This document shows positions 43,425 to 55,167 of a DNA stretch of 64,000 nucleotides, one piece after another (position 1 is the stretch's first letter; each line of letters opens with the position of its first letter). Source of the DNA: Balanoglossus misakiensis (taxonomy: Eukaryota; Animalia; Hemichordata); the NCBI GenBank assembly GCA_040954595.2, contig CM082579.2, positions 3,771,227 through 3,835,226 of the forward strand. Reading direction: 5' to 3'. A model generated the notes under the pieces. It was not told where the DNA came from and searched no databases. It worked only from the letters and a program-made list of their open reading frames with translations. Position numbers and translations under genes: made by a program.

Positions 43425-43703
43425 CCATACAGACGGGCACATGCCTACAAATGGCAGGAAAAATACGACCAGACTGGCAACACACCACACTTTGCCCTCA
43501 TACAAACTTTGGATAGACACAGTCACACACAATATCCGGCAAGACAAATAACAGCTATCACAACACACACGTTATTCACACCTCCGAGCAATGACATTCT
43601 GCCTTCAAAACCGGCAGACGCATTTGCATAGACATAAAGACTGCATAAAGATTTCTTTGATCCCATGATTGATTCCTGAATTCCTTCCTGATGATTTTTC
43701 CAC

Positions 43704-46700
43704 TCAGAGTGTCGATGATGCCGGCTTACTCCCGCCCAAATTAAATATGATGGATCGCAGATTTAAGGACAGGAATGGATTATCCGGGCCCAATGTTCTC
43801 AGCATCTCCTGGATGATGTTGCTCAGTGAATAGACTTCAAAGAACTTTTTGTTTATTCTGCGAAGAAAATGCAAAAAAGACACCTCAGTTAATGAAAATG
43901 CCTTTTATCAAAAATAAGATAGAAAATGTTATGAAACGAGCAGCCTAATTTCCATCCAGCTGGAGAGTATAATTGTGATTACAGTAAAAATTGTAGCTGC
44001 AAAAAGATGCTCACCTGAACTTGGACAACTTTTGTAGGATGATGCTGAGCTTCTCCAACATCTTGACACTGAGGTTTGGAGTTCTCAGCAACAGGGAACA
44101 CGTTCTGAACCACACCTCTGTGCTGCAGCTGTCCAAAAACTGTGACAACAGAGCTGTGAAAATGTAGGAGAGGAACGGAGTAGGACGTGTAAGAGACCAT
44201 TCAAAATATTGACAGTTCAGTAAAAAAAGTTGAAAGTACTTAATAATTCCATGGTGTATTTAAAGGTGCCTCAGTACTATCACATCACGTATGATAGAGA
44301 CTACCGCCAAATTTCAGTCCAGTCCAATGAGACACATTTTGGCATGTGACACTATGGCTCTAGTGGGAGTAGTGGACGCAACCCAGCCTATGGTGGCCCA
44401 TGGACCCAAGTTCTGCCCATCACTGACCTGATTCCATGCACATCTGAAGAAACACATCCACAGCATTTCCCACCAGTGCTTTGTTACTTCCTTTCATGAA
44501 TGGCAAGACGACCGTGGTCGCTTGGTAATGCATGAACAGTTCCTTGGCCTGGTCCGACTTCAAATCATTCTTCAGCACGTCAAATGTATGGGCCAAGCAA
44601 TCAACTTGGACAGAAAGAAAAAAAAACAAGACATTTTTTACTTTAATTTTCCAGATGTTTGATCCTGTTCATCACAGACCACTTTCCAGAAAATTTCTGA
44701 GGCCTACCTTGAGTTAGCGTTTTCAAAATCAGCAATGACGACAGGAACCTCACATGTAGATTGCTACTCTTGAAGAAAACGCCTGCTTTACTCCTTTCTG
44801 ATTGGCCCACGGGTTGGAGAGACTCAACTGGGCCACCGTCCATTTCCATGGATTTCACCGTGGTCGGCTTGTAGAGTTCTTCACCCAGTCTTCGATAAGT
44901 CGATATGAGGGTAGTTTTCTGCAATGGACGGTGATAGAAATATAGCACATATCAACAAATATTTGTTTAGCTTGGATGTTGCATATGCAAGTGTCAATAG
45001 ATTTACTCAAACTGCTATGAGTGCCCATGTGAACCGCTCTCAGATTATTTGAGTAGAGTACAATATTCATCTCCATGATTGGTGCAGTAGAGTGTTACAG
45101 GTGAGCCCTGCCGATCAAAATGTCTCAACCGTGACAACCTACCTGAGTACCTTGGTCCTGTTCAATTGTCAGCACAGACCAATAGATGTACTGCAGAAGA
45201 GGCAGCTGTGTCTTGTGGTGGCTGCTTGGCAAGGAATGGAGTATCTCCACGATTGATGGGAGAAGCTGTCACCGGAGGGAAATAAAAAGGGAATCAGGAC
45301 TGTACTGAATATTCCCAAGTAGAACTTGGAATCTTGTCTGTATACTTTCCCCATTCCCTAGCCCTCAGGAAACTGTCAATTTCTACATTTAAGGACTGTA
45401 ACACACACATGTTCAGAAACTGTAACACAAATTAGTCTCAGATCGTAACAAACATCAGTACAGAACTGTAAAACAAGAACACACTAGTCCAGAACTGTAA
45501 CACACCGTTGTCGACAGATACTGACCTTAGTGCATCTCTCCTGCGTCAGGATTGACGATGACAGCATCTCCTGTGGCTTCATCGACTTCTCAAGGTCATG
45601 CTCTCTGAGGTGAATGTCACTGACCCATTCCATGAGAATAGTCAGCACATCGTACATAGCATTGGAATTCTGTATAGTAAACAGGAATGGGAGAGAGAAA
45701 GTTTGGCATCTGTTGCTTTGGTAAACTCTGTTTCTTTGATGTAATTCTCATGATATTGAAAATTGTAAAATATAAATAGCACTACCCCCTAATTACGGTA
45801 TTGTTTTGGGTTGAGGTGGATCATGTTGCTTGGCGCATCAGCAGCCATTTTGGAAAAAATCATTGTTTCTAAAATGTCCTGTTTTCTGCCAAGGCTTGCT
45901 CAGATCTTCTGTTCTTAGAATCATGCAGCCTGACAGATTTGCCACTTGAGGGCGCTCTCCCCAAAACTGGCAAAGGCAGAAGGCATTGACTGACCTTGGC
46001 TTGCTTGAGTGGCACAGCTTTGGCATCCCCTGGGCCTTTCTGCAGTTTCTTGCTGGTCACAGACCGCGGAGGAACATTTTCAATGTCTCTGTGTCGGTCT
46101 GAATATTCCTGCTTCCTCTGCAAGTTGGTCAGTCTGCTTTGAACACTCTCGACCTGCGTCTCAAGTTTCTTGTTCTTCTCCTTCAGTTCAGCAACCTGCA
46201 GGTTTTTATTACAATGTTATCGTTTTCAAAGCGCAAAAGTCAGGTTTTCCCCACTGCATAAGATTTCCCAATGAATTCTAAATTACTGGCTTTCTTTCAG
46301 GATGTGCTGATTAAATTTGAATTAATTTAATGATTTTATGATATAAGTTTACTTACCTGTTTCTTCAGAGAGTCATTTGACTGCTTTACTGTATCGAAGT
46401 TGGATTTCAGTCTCTTAGCTTCTCGGATTTTATTCCTCAAAATCTCCTCCATCTGCTCAATTTCAGCTTTATGCTCCTGTTGAGGAAGAGTGGACCGTGT
46501 TTGACACAGAAATCAACCTATTAGAGAAGCTCGCATATTAGCTCCTATAAAACAGTGCACCCTCCGAGCCAATGGGACGCACTGACAGGAATATGGGATG
46601 CACTGACCTCTTCCAGAATCATCCATCGTCTGTTGACTTCCTGCTGTGCATTCCTCAACAAAACAGCTTGTTCCGTTTTGCCGGCTTCTTCCATCTGCTC

Positions 46701-48712
46701 CACTGATTTCTCCCTTTCCTGTAGTTGCGTCTCTCTCTCGTGCAGGATGGCACTTTCTCTCTGCAAATACAAGAAAGAACACTGTTTTTTTCACTGAAGG
46801 CTTTCTTCAGTTTGGCTGGGTTGTCCTAGGAATTCTTCTGTGTGTTCAATAACATGACAAACGATAGGAAGAAAATATCACACTATATATAATTTGATTT
46901 TTAAAGACTGACCTGTAATTTTTTGTGAATGCTGATCAATTCAGAATGTATTTCTTTCACCGGTATATTTTCTTGTTCACTTTTATTCGTGTCTTTTGTA
47001 TCTTCATAATCTTCATCATCATCATCGATAAATTCATCTTCAATCTTTCTTCTGCGATGTTTATTCCCATACTTCTGTATCAATCTCGGTGAGATGCTGC
47101 CAAGACCTCCGCTAATGCCGGTCAAAGTCTCAGACTCTGACCCACTCACCGCATCATCATCCAATTCTGAAACAAACAACACAATTGTACATGTACTTCA
47201 ATTGCAGATTCCATTATGAGCTAATTAGACCAAGTAAAATTACAAAACTCCAGGTGGCTACTGTTGCATGTACACATCCAGTACTTTTACTACACTAGCC
47301 ACAGAGATGGGTAATTTACTAAAAGAAAGTGATATATGATCATGTGTGTACATGGCAACAGTCTTACATGTAGCAAATTGACACATGCCAATGGAAATAT
47401 GCTTTCTTAGTATTCTTTTGTTTAGGATTATAATATCAAAAGTTAGCAGCCGTGTTCCTTCAAGGAATACCAAGTCCAGTCACGCACCTGTACTTATTTC
47501 CAACTGAGACACCCGCAGTTTCTGCAGCCTTTCCTTGATCTGCATCTCAGAGAGCTCTAGTTTCTTGCTGCTCAACATGACGATTTTATAGAGCTCCCTG
47601 ACGGCCCTGTTGTAGTGCTTCCTTTCATCGGAGCTGAGTGCCAACGATGGTGAGATGGGGGAACTTCTGCTTGGGGAACTCTTTGCAGGGGTTCCAGTAA
47701 CTGGCAAAAAGTGGCAACAGGAAAAGAATTTTTTTAACTCATTTCAACAGTATATGGATTGGACTCCTCATCACAGTCCTTAACCCTTTCATCCCCAGAT
47801 TTTTATTTCACATGATAGATGTTTAAAACATGTAAAGGTACTTACGCTGTGTACTTCTTGTCATTGAGGGCAAGTCGAGGGTTGCTGTTTCAAGACTTGA
47901 GTGCTTGGTGTTACCCTGTGAGTACAGAAGAGACAATAATTTTATACATAGAAGTTATACTAGTAGTACACCAGTAGTAAGCAGGTAGCTTATGGTGATC
48001 TGTATGTCTCAGCTGGGCTATTGCTCAACCTGATTTGATATTACGCGATAGTGTTCAATGGCAGGCAAACGTGTACATAAAACTGTCAAAACGTCAACTT
48101 CACCTCTGAATTTAAACTCTGCGACGGCCTAATTGGAGTTTGCAAAACGCAACCATTATTGTTGGCAAATCCATTCGGAAGCACACTGACTTCTCCATCC
48201 GATTCCGGAAGTGGTGTTTCACTCGCGTGTAGGAAAGTTGTCATATTTTCCAGAATGTTTTCCCGATAATTTGTACGCACTGACAAAGAAGCCAGGATTC
48301 AAACTGTGACAGCGAGTCGAGGAAACTCGAAACGGCCTGCCCGCCGACGTGTTTTAACTTGTTTACATCGCGGGGGTACACTATTGTACAGGTCTCAGAT
48401 CAGTGTTTACATTTACCAACATGGAACTCCTTCTGTGCATTTACATGCAAAAGTACACAAGATTACAATATTATTATCAGCTGTCCTAACATCGGAGTTC
48501 TAAAATTATTTTGCTTTAATTATTTATCCCTCAACTTCTATTTTTCATGGTAGAACTAGGTACCAATGCATTCTGGCAAGGAGTAACATGAAACTGGATC
48601 TCGACTGTGTGAGCTTACAATAATCGGGCAAGCGAGGCTTCATTTCATAACTTACCCGGTAGAATGCGCGCATACCACCGCTTAAGTTACTATCCGAATC
48701 CATGTCGTACAT
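43704..48712 (-). CDS. CCDC138: Coiled-coil domain-containing protein 138 (13 coding exons)
   Basis: Phase-consistent GT-AG exons: 48656-48712, 47846-47915, 47488-47700, 46913-47166, 46608-46760, 46357-46476, 45995-46195, 45526-45669, 45143-45265, 44708-44918, 44428-44604, 44015-44153, 43704-43857 (TGA). Motifs IHSELISIHKKLQ, YDVLTILMEWVSDIHL, STYRRLGEELYK, FFKSSNLHVRFLSSLLILKTLTQ and LEKLSIILQKLSK match recalled human CCDC138. The 5'-most exon is less certain. Confidence 0.9.
45395..45505. repeat. Degenerate ~22-25 bp minisatellite in a CCDC138 intron
   Basis: About five imperfect copies of CAGAACTGTAACACA..TAGT. Confidence 0.6.
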
Positions 48713-48992
48713 GATTCGTAAATATACTGATTAACTACTTGATTATTCAAAAGACACTGCAGCCACGAGACATTAATTTAGTGTTTATTTCCCATTCCAC
48801 CATTTTGAATTTCGAGCCTTCAAAATCTCGCGAGAGAAAGCGAGAGAAACCCAAACACCGGAAGTCAATTTGTTGACACACATACCCTGACCTGACGTGA
48901 CCCATCTTTTCCAAAAATATTGATGACTACATGGTATGTGGCCATTGGCTTGATCGCAGTGACAATTTTTATCAGCTGAATTGAATTTCAGT
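48713..48992. promoter_or_regulatory. Bidirectional promoter between CCDC138 and NAXD
   Basis: About 280 bp between divergent ATGs. Contains TCTCGCGAGA palindrome (48826-48835), ETS site ACCGGAAGT (48857-48865), CRE-like TGACGTGA (48893-48900) and reverse CCAAT (48944-48948). Confidence 0.75.
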
Positions 48993-51195
48993 ATGTTTTC
49001 CTTGCAAAACGCGCTGCTGTGGGCAACGTCACGGTCAAGAGTGGTTCCAACAGGTGAGTCGCTCATTCACACACAGTAGTATGTATGTAGATCAGACTGA
49101 CAACACAGCTGACGTACAGAGATGATCCATCGACCAAGCTAACAGTTTCTGTTTGTCGGAACCCGCACGCATGCGTTTGACGATTCGTAACCCCTTATAC
49201 TGTACCTCAAATGAGAATTATCATACCCCAGTCTTATCTCAGAATCGTTACACAAGTAAATAAAAACAATTGCAATCGAAGGGGGGGGGGGGTGGCACTT
49301 GTATGCTGCGCCATTTGTGGATGCTGATACTGCAGGAACATTTAATGCCAAATTATGTAGAGCATTACATTTTTCTTTCAGGATGTATAGGGACATGTCA
49401 TGCTTCCACCACTTTGACCAATCCGGGCGCTTTCCTGGAGATGGTGAAATCAGTAATACCACCCATGACCCATGATAAGTACAAAGGTCAGGCTGGACGG
49501 ATAGCCACCATTGGCGGCTCAAGAGATTACACAGGGGCTCCATACTTTGCTGGTATGTCAGCCATCAGAGTGGTAAGTTGCACAGTTGAGGTTATATTTT
49601 TCAAATAAAAAGTATAGAAACTCTCTGCGTGTGTCTATGTACACAACGAGTCATTGGTCGCCCAAGGTTGTCACTGGATATGCAAATGATGAAACGCATC
49701 AGTACATCCCAAGTGTTGTTGGTAGAGAACTGCAGATCCCTACACCACATGCATAATGGCCGGTGTCAAAAAGTGTGCAATGATGCAATATTTTTTATGT
49801 TTCGCTCACCAGGGTTGCGACCTGAGTCACATCTTCTGCACCAGAGATGCATCACCGGTAATCAAGTCGTACAGTCCTGAGCTCATCGTTCATCCGATGC
49901 TGTAAGTGTCAGTCACCGAGTTCATCTCACTGGTCAGTGTCTTGCAGAGATTTTCGGCATTGGAATGTTATTGTTTATGATCCAGCTTGGTCAAGGTGCA
50001 GTCAGGTACCTGTTTGATCTAGGATATTTATGTTTGTGTAAAATCCCGTCTTTCAGGGATGGTGAGAACGCAGTTGAAGATATCTCATTCGGGCTACCCA
50101 GAATGCACTCTGTGGTGATAGGACCCGGTCTTGGAAGAGACGAGGGTATACTACAGAATGTGAAGGTATGGATGGATGAATCAATCTGCCTTCAACTTTG
50201 CTCTGTCTTTACTGTTCACGTTTTCTGCTGTTAGCACCTCTCGGACAGCATGATACGGATGGAAGCTGTCGAACAAGAACAGCAAAGACCTAACAGAGGT
50301 CAAGAAAGTCCATTCAACAGCTGATAGTGAGTGTAGCAAACTATGACACCTTAATAATGTACCAGTAAGTCTTACAGGGACCAAGTGGGCGAGTGAGTTA
50401 AAACTGATTCTATGATTGATTTGCAGGAAATCATCATCAAATGCCGGGAGCTTGATTTACCGCTAGTGATCGATGCTGTGAGTGTTATCAGAAATCCTTA
50501 TAACTGCACTTTGGTAGAATCTTCACTTTACACTTTTCCAAGAAGTCTTGAATTTTTGTATGAAGCCTGAAACTAACTCTTTTCTGTTTTACTTTACTAG
50601 GATGGCGTGTATCTTTTGAGTCTCTATCCTGATATCATACAGAATTACAAGAAAGCCATTCTTACGCCAAATGTAGTTGAATTCAAATATCTCTACAAGA
50701 AAGTGGTAGGTTCTTCTGTTTGTCATATCGTAGACGGCAGACGCAATATCGCTTTACTGTGTTTGGCCTAAACCTTCGTGATTGTGATGAGAAATGAAGA
50801 CAGTGCCCACAGTTGTTTGAGAAATGCCGAAAACAGATGATGAAATTGCTGAATAATTGGCCACATTGAATCATGTCGAGCAATCTGTTGTTTATTTGTG
50901 AGCTGTGGTTCCAAGCTCCTGTGCTTTCACCGTATCTATGGAGTTGCTGGACAGCTGTCAATTCTCGTCTCTTGACAATTTACAGTTTGACGAAGAGCCC
51001 AACCCGGACGAACCTGTGCACGACACATCGAAACTGGCAAGGTCACTAGGGAACGTCACAATCGTCAAGAAAGGTGAAAACGACATCATATCTGATGGTG
51101 ACAAAGGTAATAATTCCACGGAATCTCTCGAAAGAAAGTACTGGTGTAAAGTTTACTTTACTAGATAATTACTAGTGGCCAATCCTATTCGATAT

Positions 51196-51250
<55 letters not shown>

Positions 51251-51662
51251 TCTCTCTCTCTCTGCAGTTCTGGTGTGCTGTAGTGAAGGAATGGTTCGAC
51301 GATGCGGTGGACAGGGTGATATATTATCCGGCACCATGGGTACATTCATATGCTGGGCTTTCAAGGAGTATGCAGATGAGACCAAGACGCATAAGTAAGT
51401 AGACTCCCCCCCCCCCCCTTCACCTTTCATTGTCTGTCGTGGAACACAAATGAAGTATGTTCTTTTGTGTTTGTCTCTTTCCAGTGAAATGTTCAGCACG
51501 TATGGTCCCACCATCTGCGCTGCGTACGGGGCCTGCCTATTTACCAGACAGTGTGCCAAACAGGCATTTCACAGAATGGGACGGCAAACTATCACGTCAG
51601 ATTTACTAGAAGAAATTCCCAAGGCCTTTGTCTACCTATTTGATCCAAGACACAAGCTGTAG
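48993..51662 (+). CDS. NAXD: ATP-dependent (S)-NAD(P)H-hydrate dehydratase (carbohydrate kinase/YjeF-C family), 9 coding exons
   Basis: Phase-consistent exons: 48993-49053, 49382-49572, 49813-49901, 50057-50165, 50427-50477, 50601-50705, 50986-51106, 51268-51394, 51485-51662. Motifs [80 protein letters not shown] at 51791-51796. Confidence 0.96.
51199..51263. repeat. (CT)n microsatellite forming the polypyrimidine tract of NAXD intron 7
   Basis: (CT)n runs directly into TGCAG|TT, the acceptor at 51267. Confidence 0.95.
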
Positions 51663-52949
51663 ATGATCTAAATATTAGACAATCATTTAACTGTTTAAAA
51701 CAGTGGTTTGTTTGCAGATGCCAATTTACAATTTATTTCTCTTTTGTACACAGTGAACATTGTACTGGTTTATGTGTTTTGTGTTTATTGAATAAAAAGG
51801 AATGATCAGATCTGATATAATTCTTTTTGATTCATTTATTTCACCGCTGTTGGCTTTGTCAAGTTACAGCAATTTTTACATGTATCTGCCGAGATATTGC
51901 TAAACTTGTGCATTTCAAACTCCACAGTCCAAACTCAAACTCCATAGACAAACATCACAACAGAAACATGAAAGTATCATCAGATTACTTATAGTTAACT
52001 GTTTAGCTTCAAAAGTTGATATTTTGCAGGACTTCAACTAAACTTTTTTACTACAACCATACTTATGTCAAAACAGCTTGTGATGTTCAAAAGACAAAAT
52101 GACAACACTGTCTCACTAATAGAGGGCGCTATTGAAAACACGCCCACCCCGTCACGCCACTAGGCTCTAAGCTTTCATTTTCACTTTGCTTTCAACGAAA
52201 TGCTGACGAGTAAGCTTCTTATAACTGATCCGAATTATCTGCAAAAAGAAACCCTCTAAACGTGTACATCAGCAAAAATAAAGATCAGCAGTGTCAATAG
52301 CACAATAAAATGTCAATGTCCAAATCTGTATAATGTATTATCGTGAAAACAAGGTTTCCATGAAAATAAAACAATTTACATTTTTTCGACAAAGTGATTG
52401 CCTTCCTAACAAAGTTGTATTTCTTAGTAAAATATGTCAATTTGACGAAAACTGGCTAAATATTCTTGAAATAAATCAGAAAGTAACTCGGACCAAAACC
52501 CTTGAAAAAAACACACGCTGATTTATAGATCTCAACAAGAGAATATTTTCAATCGAGTTCATGCACTATACAAAACAATATAGGTTAAACACTTAACAGT
52601 CTGATGTCTTGGCTAATATGGCATAAATATGGGCTGTGAAGCTAAGGCAAGTTCGCAAACTCCCCATAAATTACACTACATTTGTAGGCCTATGTTTTCA
52701 AAGTAAATTTCAATATCAAATTTTCGAACGGACACACAAATTGGTAAGTAGTTCCCCGTCTTTGTGGTTATATTTACCAGACGAAGCTACGGCTAACTTT
52801 ACATTTCTGTAAAGACAAAACTGTTGTCACAGTGCATGGATGCATAAAAGTAATGCGACTGTCTGATGAACAGACAGGTTTTCAGTTAGAGCCATATTCG
52901 TTGTTAGTTTCGTTGACATTTCAGAGTCAACATGTACCAGTTTGACATT

Positions 52950-53780
52950 TTACTGAGCAAACACGTGGATGCAGTTACCGCTACAGTCAGACACAATCAC
53001 CTTTCCAAACGGTTCATCATCGGTGACGCAGACATCGATTGGATCTATTGACCCATCTTTATCACTATCGATGCGACAGATATACTTCCCTTTGGAATCA
53101 AACTTCAGAACTCGCTTGTTACTTCGATCACAGACATACACGTTGCTGTGCTTGTCTGTAGCCACACCATGGGGTTTTTTCATTTGGCCTTCCCCATTCC
53201 CCTGACTCCCAAAGGCAAACAGGAACTTCCCATCAGCATCGAACACTTGGATGCGATGGTTGCCGTAATCACCGACGATGACATTCCCGTCACCGTTTAT
53301 ACAGACACCTTCTGGGGAGCGGAAATGCCCCTCCCCACTGCCCCGACTACCAAATGACTTGATTTGATTGCCGTCTTGATCGAACAAACGGATGCAGTGC
53401 GAATTTTGGTCAACAACATGTACACGGCTGTTGGTTGGACTAACCGCAATGCCTGTTGGACGTAAAATGTCTTCCTTAAAGGTTTTGATAAATTGCCAAT
53501 TTATGTCGAAGATTAAAACTTGGTTGCCAGAAAGCGTAGTTTCTGTAATAAAACGCAATCGCCGATCTTTTGACACCGCAGTATAACGAGGGTAGTAACT
53601 TTTCGTATACCCACTATTTTTTATCACAGTTCCACGTTTGTCTTGTAACGCGAATAACTGCATCCTCTCATTCCCATACTCACACACCACAACATTCCCC
53701 CTCCCGTCCAAAGTCACTCCCCATGGCTCACCTAACTCTCCCTCGCGCACGCCTTTCGACCCAAACTTACACAACAAACC
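52950..53780 (-). CDS. TRIM-NHL protein, C-terminal NHL beta-propeller, out of frame with the upstream part
   Basis: About six NHL repeats (FGSKG..GE..EPWGV, FGSRGSGEGHFRSPEGVC, GDYGNHRIQVF, FGSQGNGEGQMKKPHGVA). No in-frame ATG at its beginning. Confidence 0.88.
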   Translation of the reverse strand, partial: GLLCKFGSKGVREGELGEPWGVTLDGRGNVVVCEYGNERMQLFALQDKRGTVIKNSGYTKSYYPRYTAVSKDRRLRFITETTLSGNQVLIFDINWQFIKTFKEDILRPTGIAVSPTNSRVHVVDQNSHCIRLFDQDGNQIKSFGSRGSGEGHFRSPEGVCINGDGNVIVGDYGNHRIQVFDADGKFLFAFGSQGNGEGQMKKPHGVATDKHSNVYVCDRSNKRVLKFDSKGKYICRIDSDKDGSIDPIDVCVTDDEPFGKVIVSDCSGNCIHVFAQ

Positions 53781-55167
53781 TAGCTTTCTGTGGAATGACC
53801 TTCAAAGTTGAACTACACACTAATTTCTTACACACTGAAACTGACACTGTGTGTTCACCTTCCCGGTGTACACGACCTCGGAGTGAGCATATTCCATCTT
53901 TAAAGTCATTTACTGTCATTTTCTCTTTCTGTCCGGTTGGATCTTTTATTTCTGCGTCGAACTCATCCACTAAGGCTTTCTTTCTACCCTTCACTTTCAG
54001 TGACGCGCAAACGATGTCGCCAATCCGACAGAACTGAGGAACACCTGTCAGAGTGCAGTCGATGAGTCGCACTGTTCCCAGTGATCTCCCCGCGAAGAAA
54101 TCCTCGCAAGGCCGGAACTCCATGTAGTAATCAGCAACTGGGTAACACTCCATCTCGACGTTCAACAGTTCCTGAGTCTGTGTGGCCACGCCTTTCTTCG
54201 CGGACATCAACTGAGCAGGGTTTGCGTACTGCACCAGATTCTCGGTGAACTCTCGTGCATTGGCGAGGTCACACTGCGCTCTGTCCAAATCTCGCACCTG
54301 TGCAGTCAGGTCCGCCTTTCTAACTTCGTATTCGCCTTGAAGTTGCAAAAACAACTGTTTACCTGCATCTTCAATAATTCTTGTGACTTCTTTGATAGTC
54401 TTTGTCACGTGGTCGTTCAGTTTCTTCTCTTCTCCGTGGAAACTATCGTCTAACCTCTCCGCCATCTTCTCAACTGCACCTCTGCTATCGGATGCCTCTT
54501 GCTCTTTCACTTTCAGTTGCTTAATCGTCGTTTCTACGCCTTTTTTGTATTCCGCAGCTGCGTCTTTCAGGTATTCATGTTTGTGTTCGGGAATTCGGTG
54601 ATCAATCACTGTACAGTCGGAACAGATTGGCACTTGACACGTTTCGCAGTAGAATTTGACCTGGCTGTCTGCGTGGTGTTCGCAGTAAATACCAGGCTGT
54701 ACCATGGCGGGGTCTTTGGTCTTTACGCTGTGGTATTCGTGGGCAGGTATCAGGCGATGCGACCGTGTCAGCGGTATCCGTTTGTGTATACGTGCACAAG
54801 CTTCGCACAGCGTCATCGAACATTCCAGACACCTTACGTCGTTCTCGCCGCCCTCAAGTGCAACCTCGCACCCGTCACATTTTGATTTTCCGGAGTCTGC
54901 GTCGCGTTGGTCGAACTGTTCTACCATCTGATCGAGGAAGAAGTTACTCTGTAGTTTCGTCACGCCGCCTTCGGGGAGTTGGTAGGTGCGGCGACACACA
55001 GGACAGCCAAGCTCGCCGGATTTCTCGACCCATGCGAGTAGACACTTCTCACAAAAACTGTGAAGGCAGGGCAACTGTTTGGAAGTCCTGTACCGTTCGC
55101 TACAGATTCCGCAAACGAGAAAATTCTCGTTTATTTTCTCCAAGAACTGAGACTCTGCCGTCGCCAT
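53767..55167 (-). CDS. TRIM-NHL protein (TRIM2/3/56/71-like), N-terminal part: RING, B-box1, B-box2, coiled coil, filamin-type Ig
   Basis: Likely start MATAESQFLEKINENFLVCGIC. C3HC4 RING CGIC...LPCLHSFCEKC...CPVC, B-box CDGC...CLEC...CEACARIH...H, B-box CEHH...YCETCQVPICSDCTVIDH...H. Intronless; the frame runs out at LKVIPQKARFVV*. Confidence 0.9.
   Translation of the reverse strand: MATAESQFLEKINENFLVCGICSERYRTSKQLPCLHSFCEKCLLAWVEKSGELGCPVCRRTYQLPEGGVTKLQSNFFLDQMVEQFDQRDADSGKSKCDGCEVALEGGENDVRCLECSMTLCEACARIHKRIPLTRSHRLIPAHEYHSVKTKDPAMVQPGIYCEHHADSQVKFYCETCQVPICSDCTVIDHRIPEHKHEYLKDAAAEYKKGVETTIKQLKVKEQEASDSRGAVEKMAERLDDSFHGEEKKLNDHVTKTIKEVTRIIEDAGKQLFLQLQGEYEVRKADLTAQVRDLDRAQCDLANAREFTENLVQYANPAQLMSAKKGVATQTQELLNVEMECYPVADYYMEFRPCEDFFAGRSLGTVRLIDCTLTGVPQFCRIGDIVCASLKVKGRKKALVDEFDAEIKDPTGQKEKMTVNDFKDGICSLRGRVHREGEHTVSVSVCKKLVCSSTLKVIPQKARFVV

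Larger units (their letters stand above)
52950..55167 (-). pseudogene. Frameshifted intronless TRIM-NHL gene (disrupted allele, recent pseudogene or assembly indel)
   Basis: Removing 4 nt (CTAG, 53780-53783) from CAG AAA G-CTAG-GT TTG TTG restores one 737-codon ORF reading PQKGLLCKFG. No other lesion seen. Confidence 0.55.

Noticed and set aside
45395-45505. Repeat-spacer-like pattern resembling a CRISPR array
   Set aside because: Degenerate eukaryotic intronic minisatellite; no unique fixed-length spacers and no cas genes.
53725-53770. GTAAGT overlapping the TRIM stop codon as a frameshift-rescuing intron donor
   Set aside because: Nearby AGs would give an implausibly short purine-rich intron with no polypyrimidine tract and would delete conserved NHL residues.
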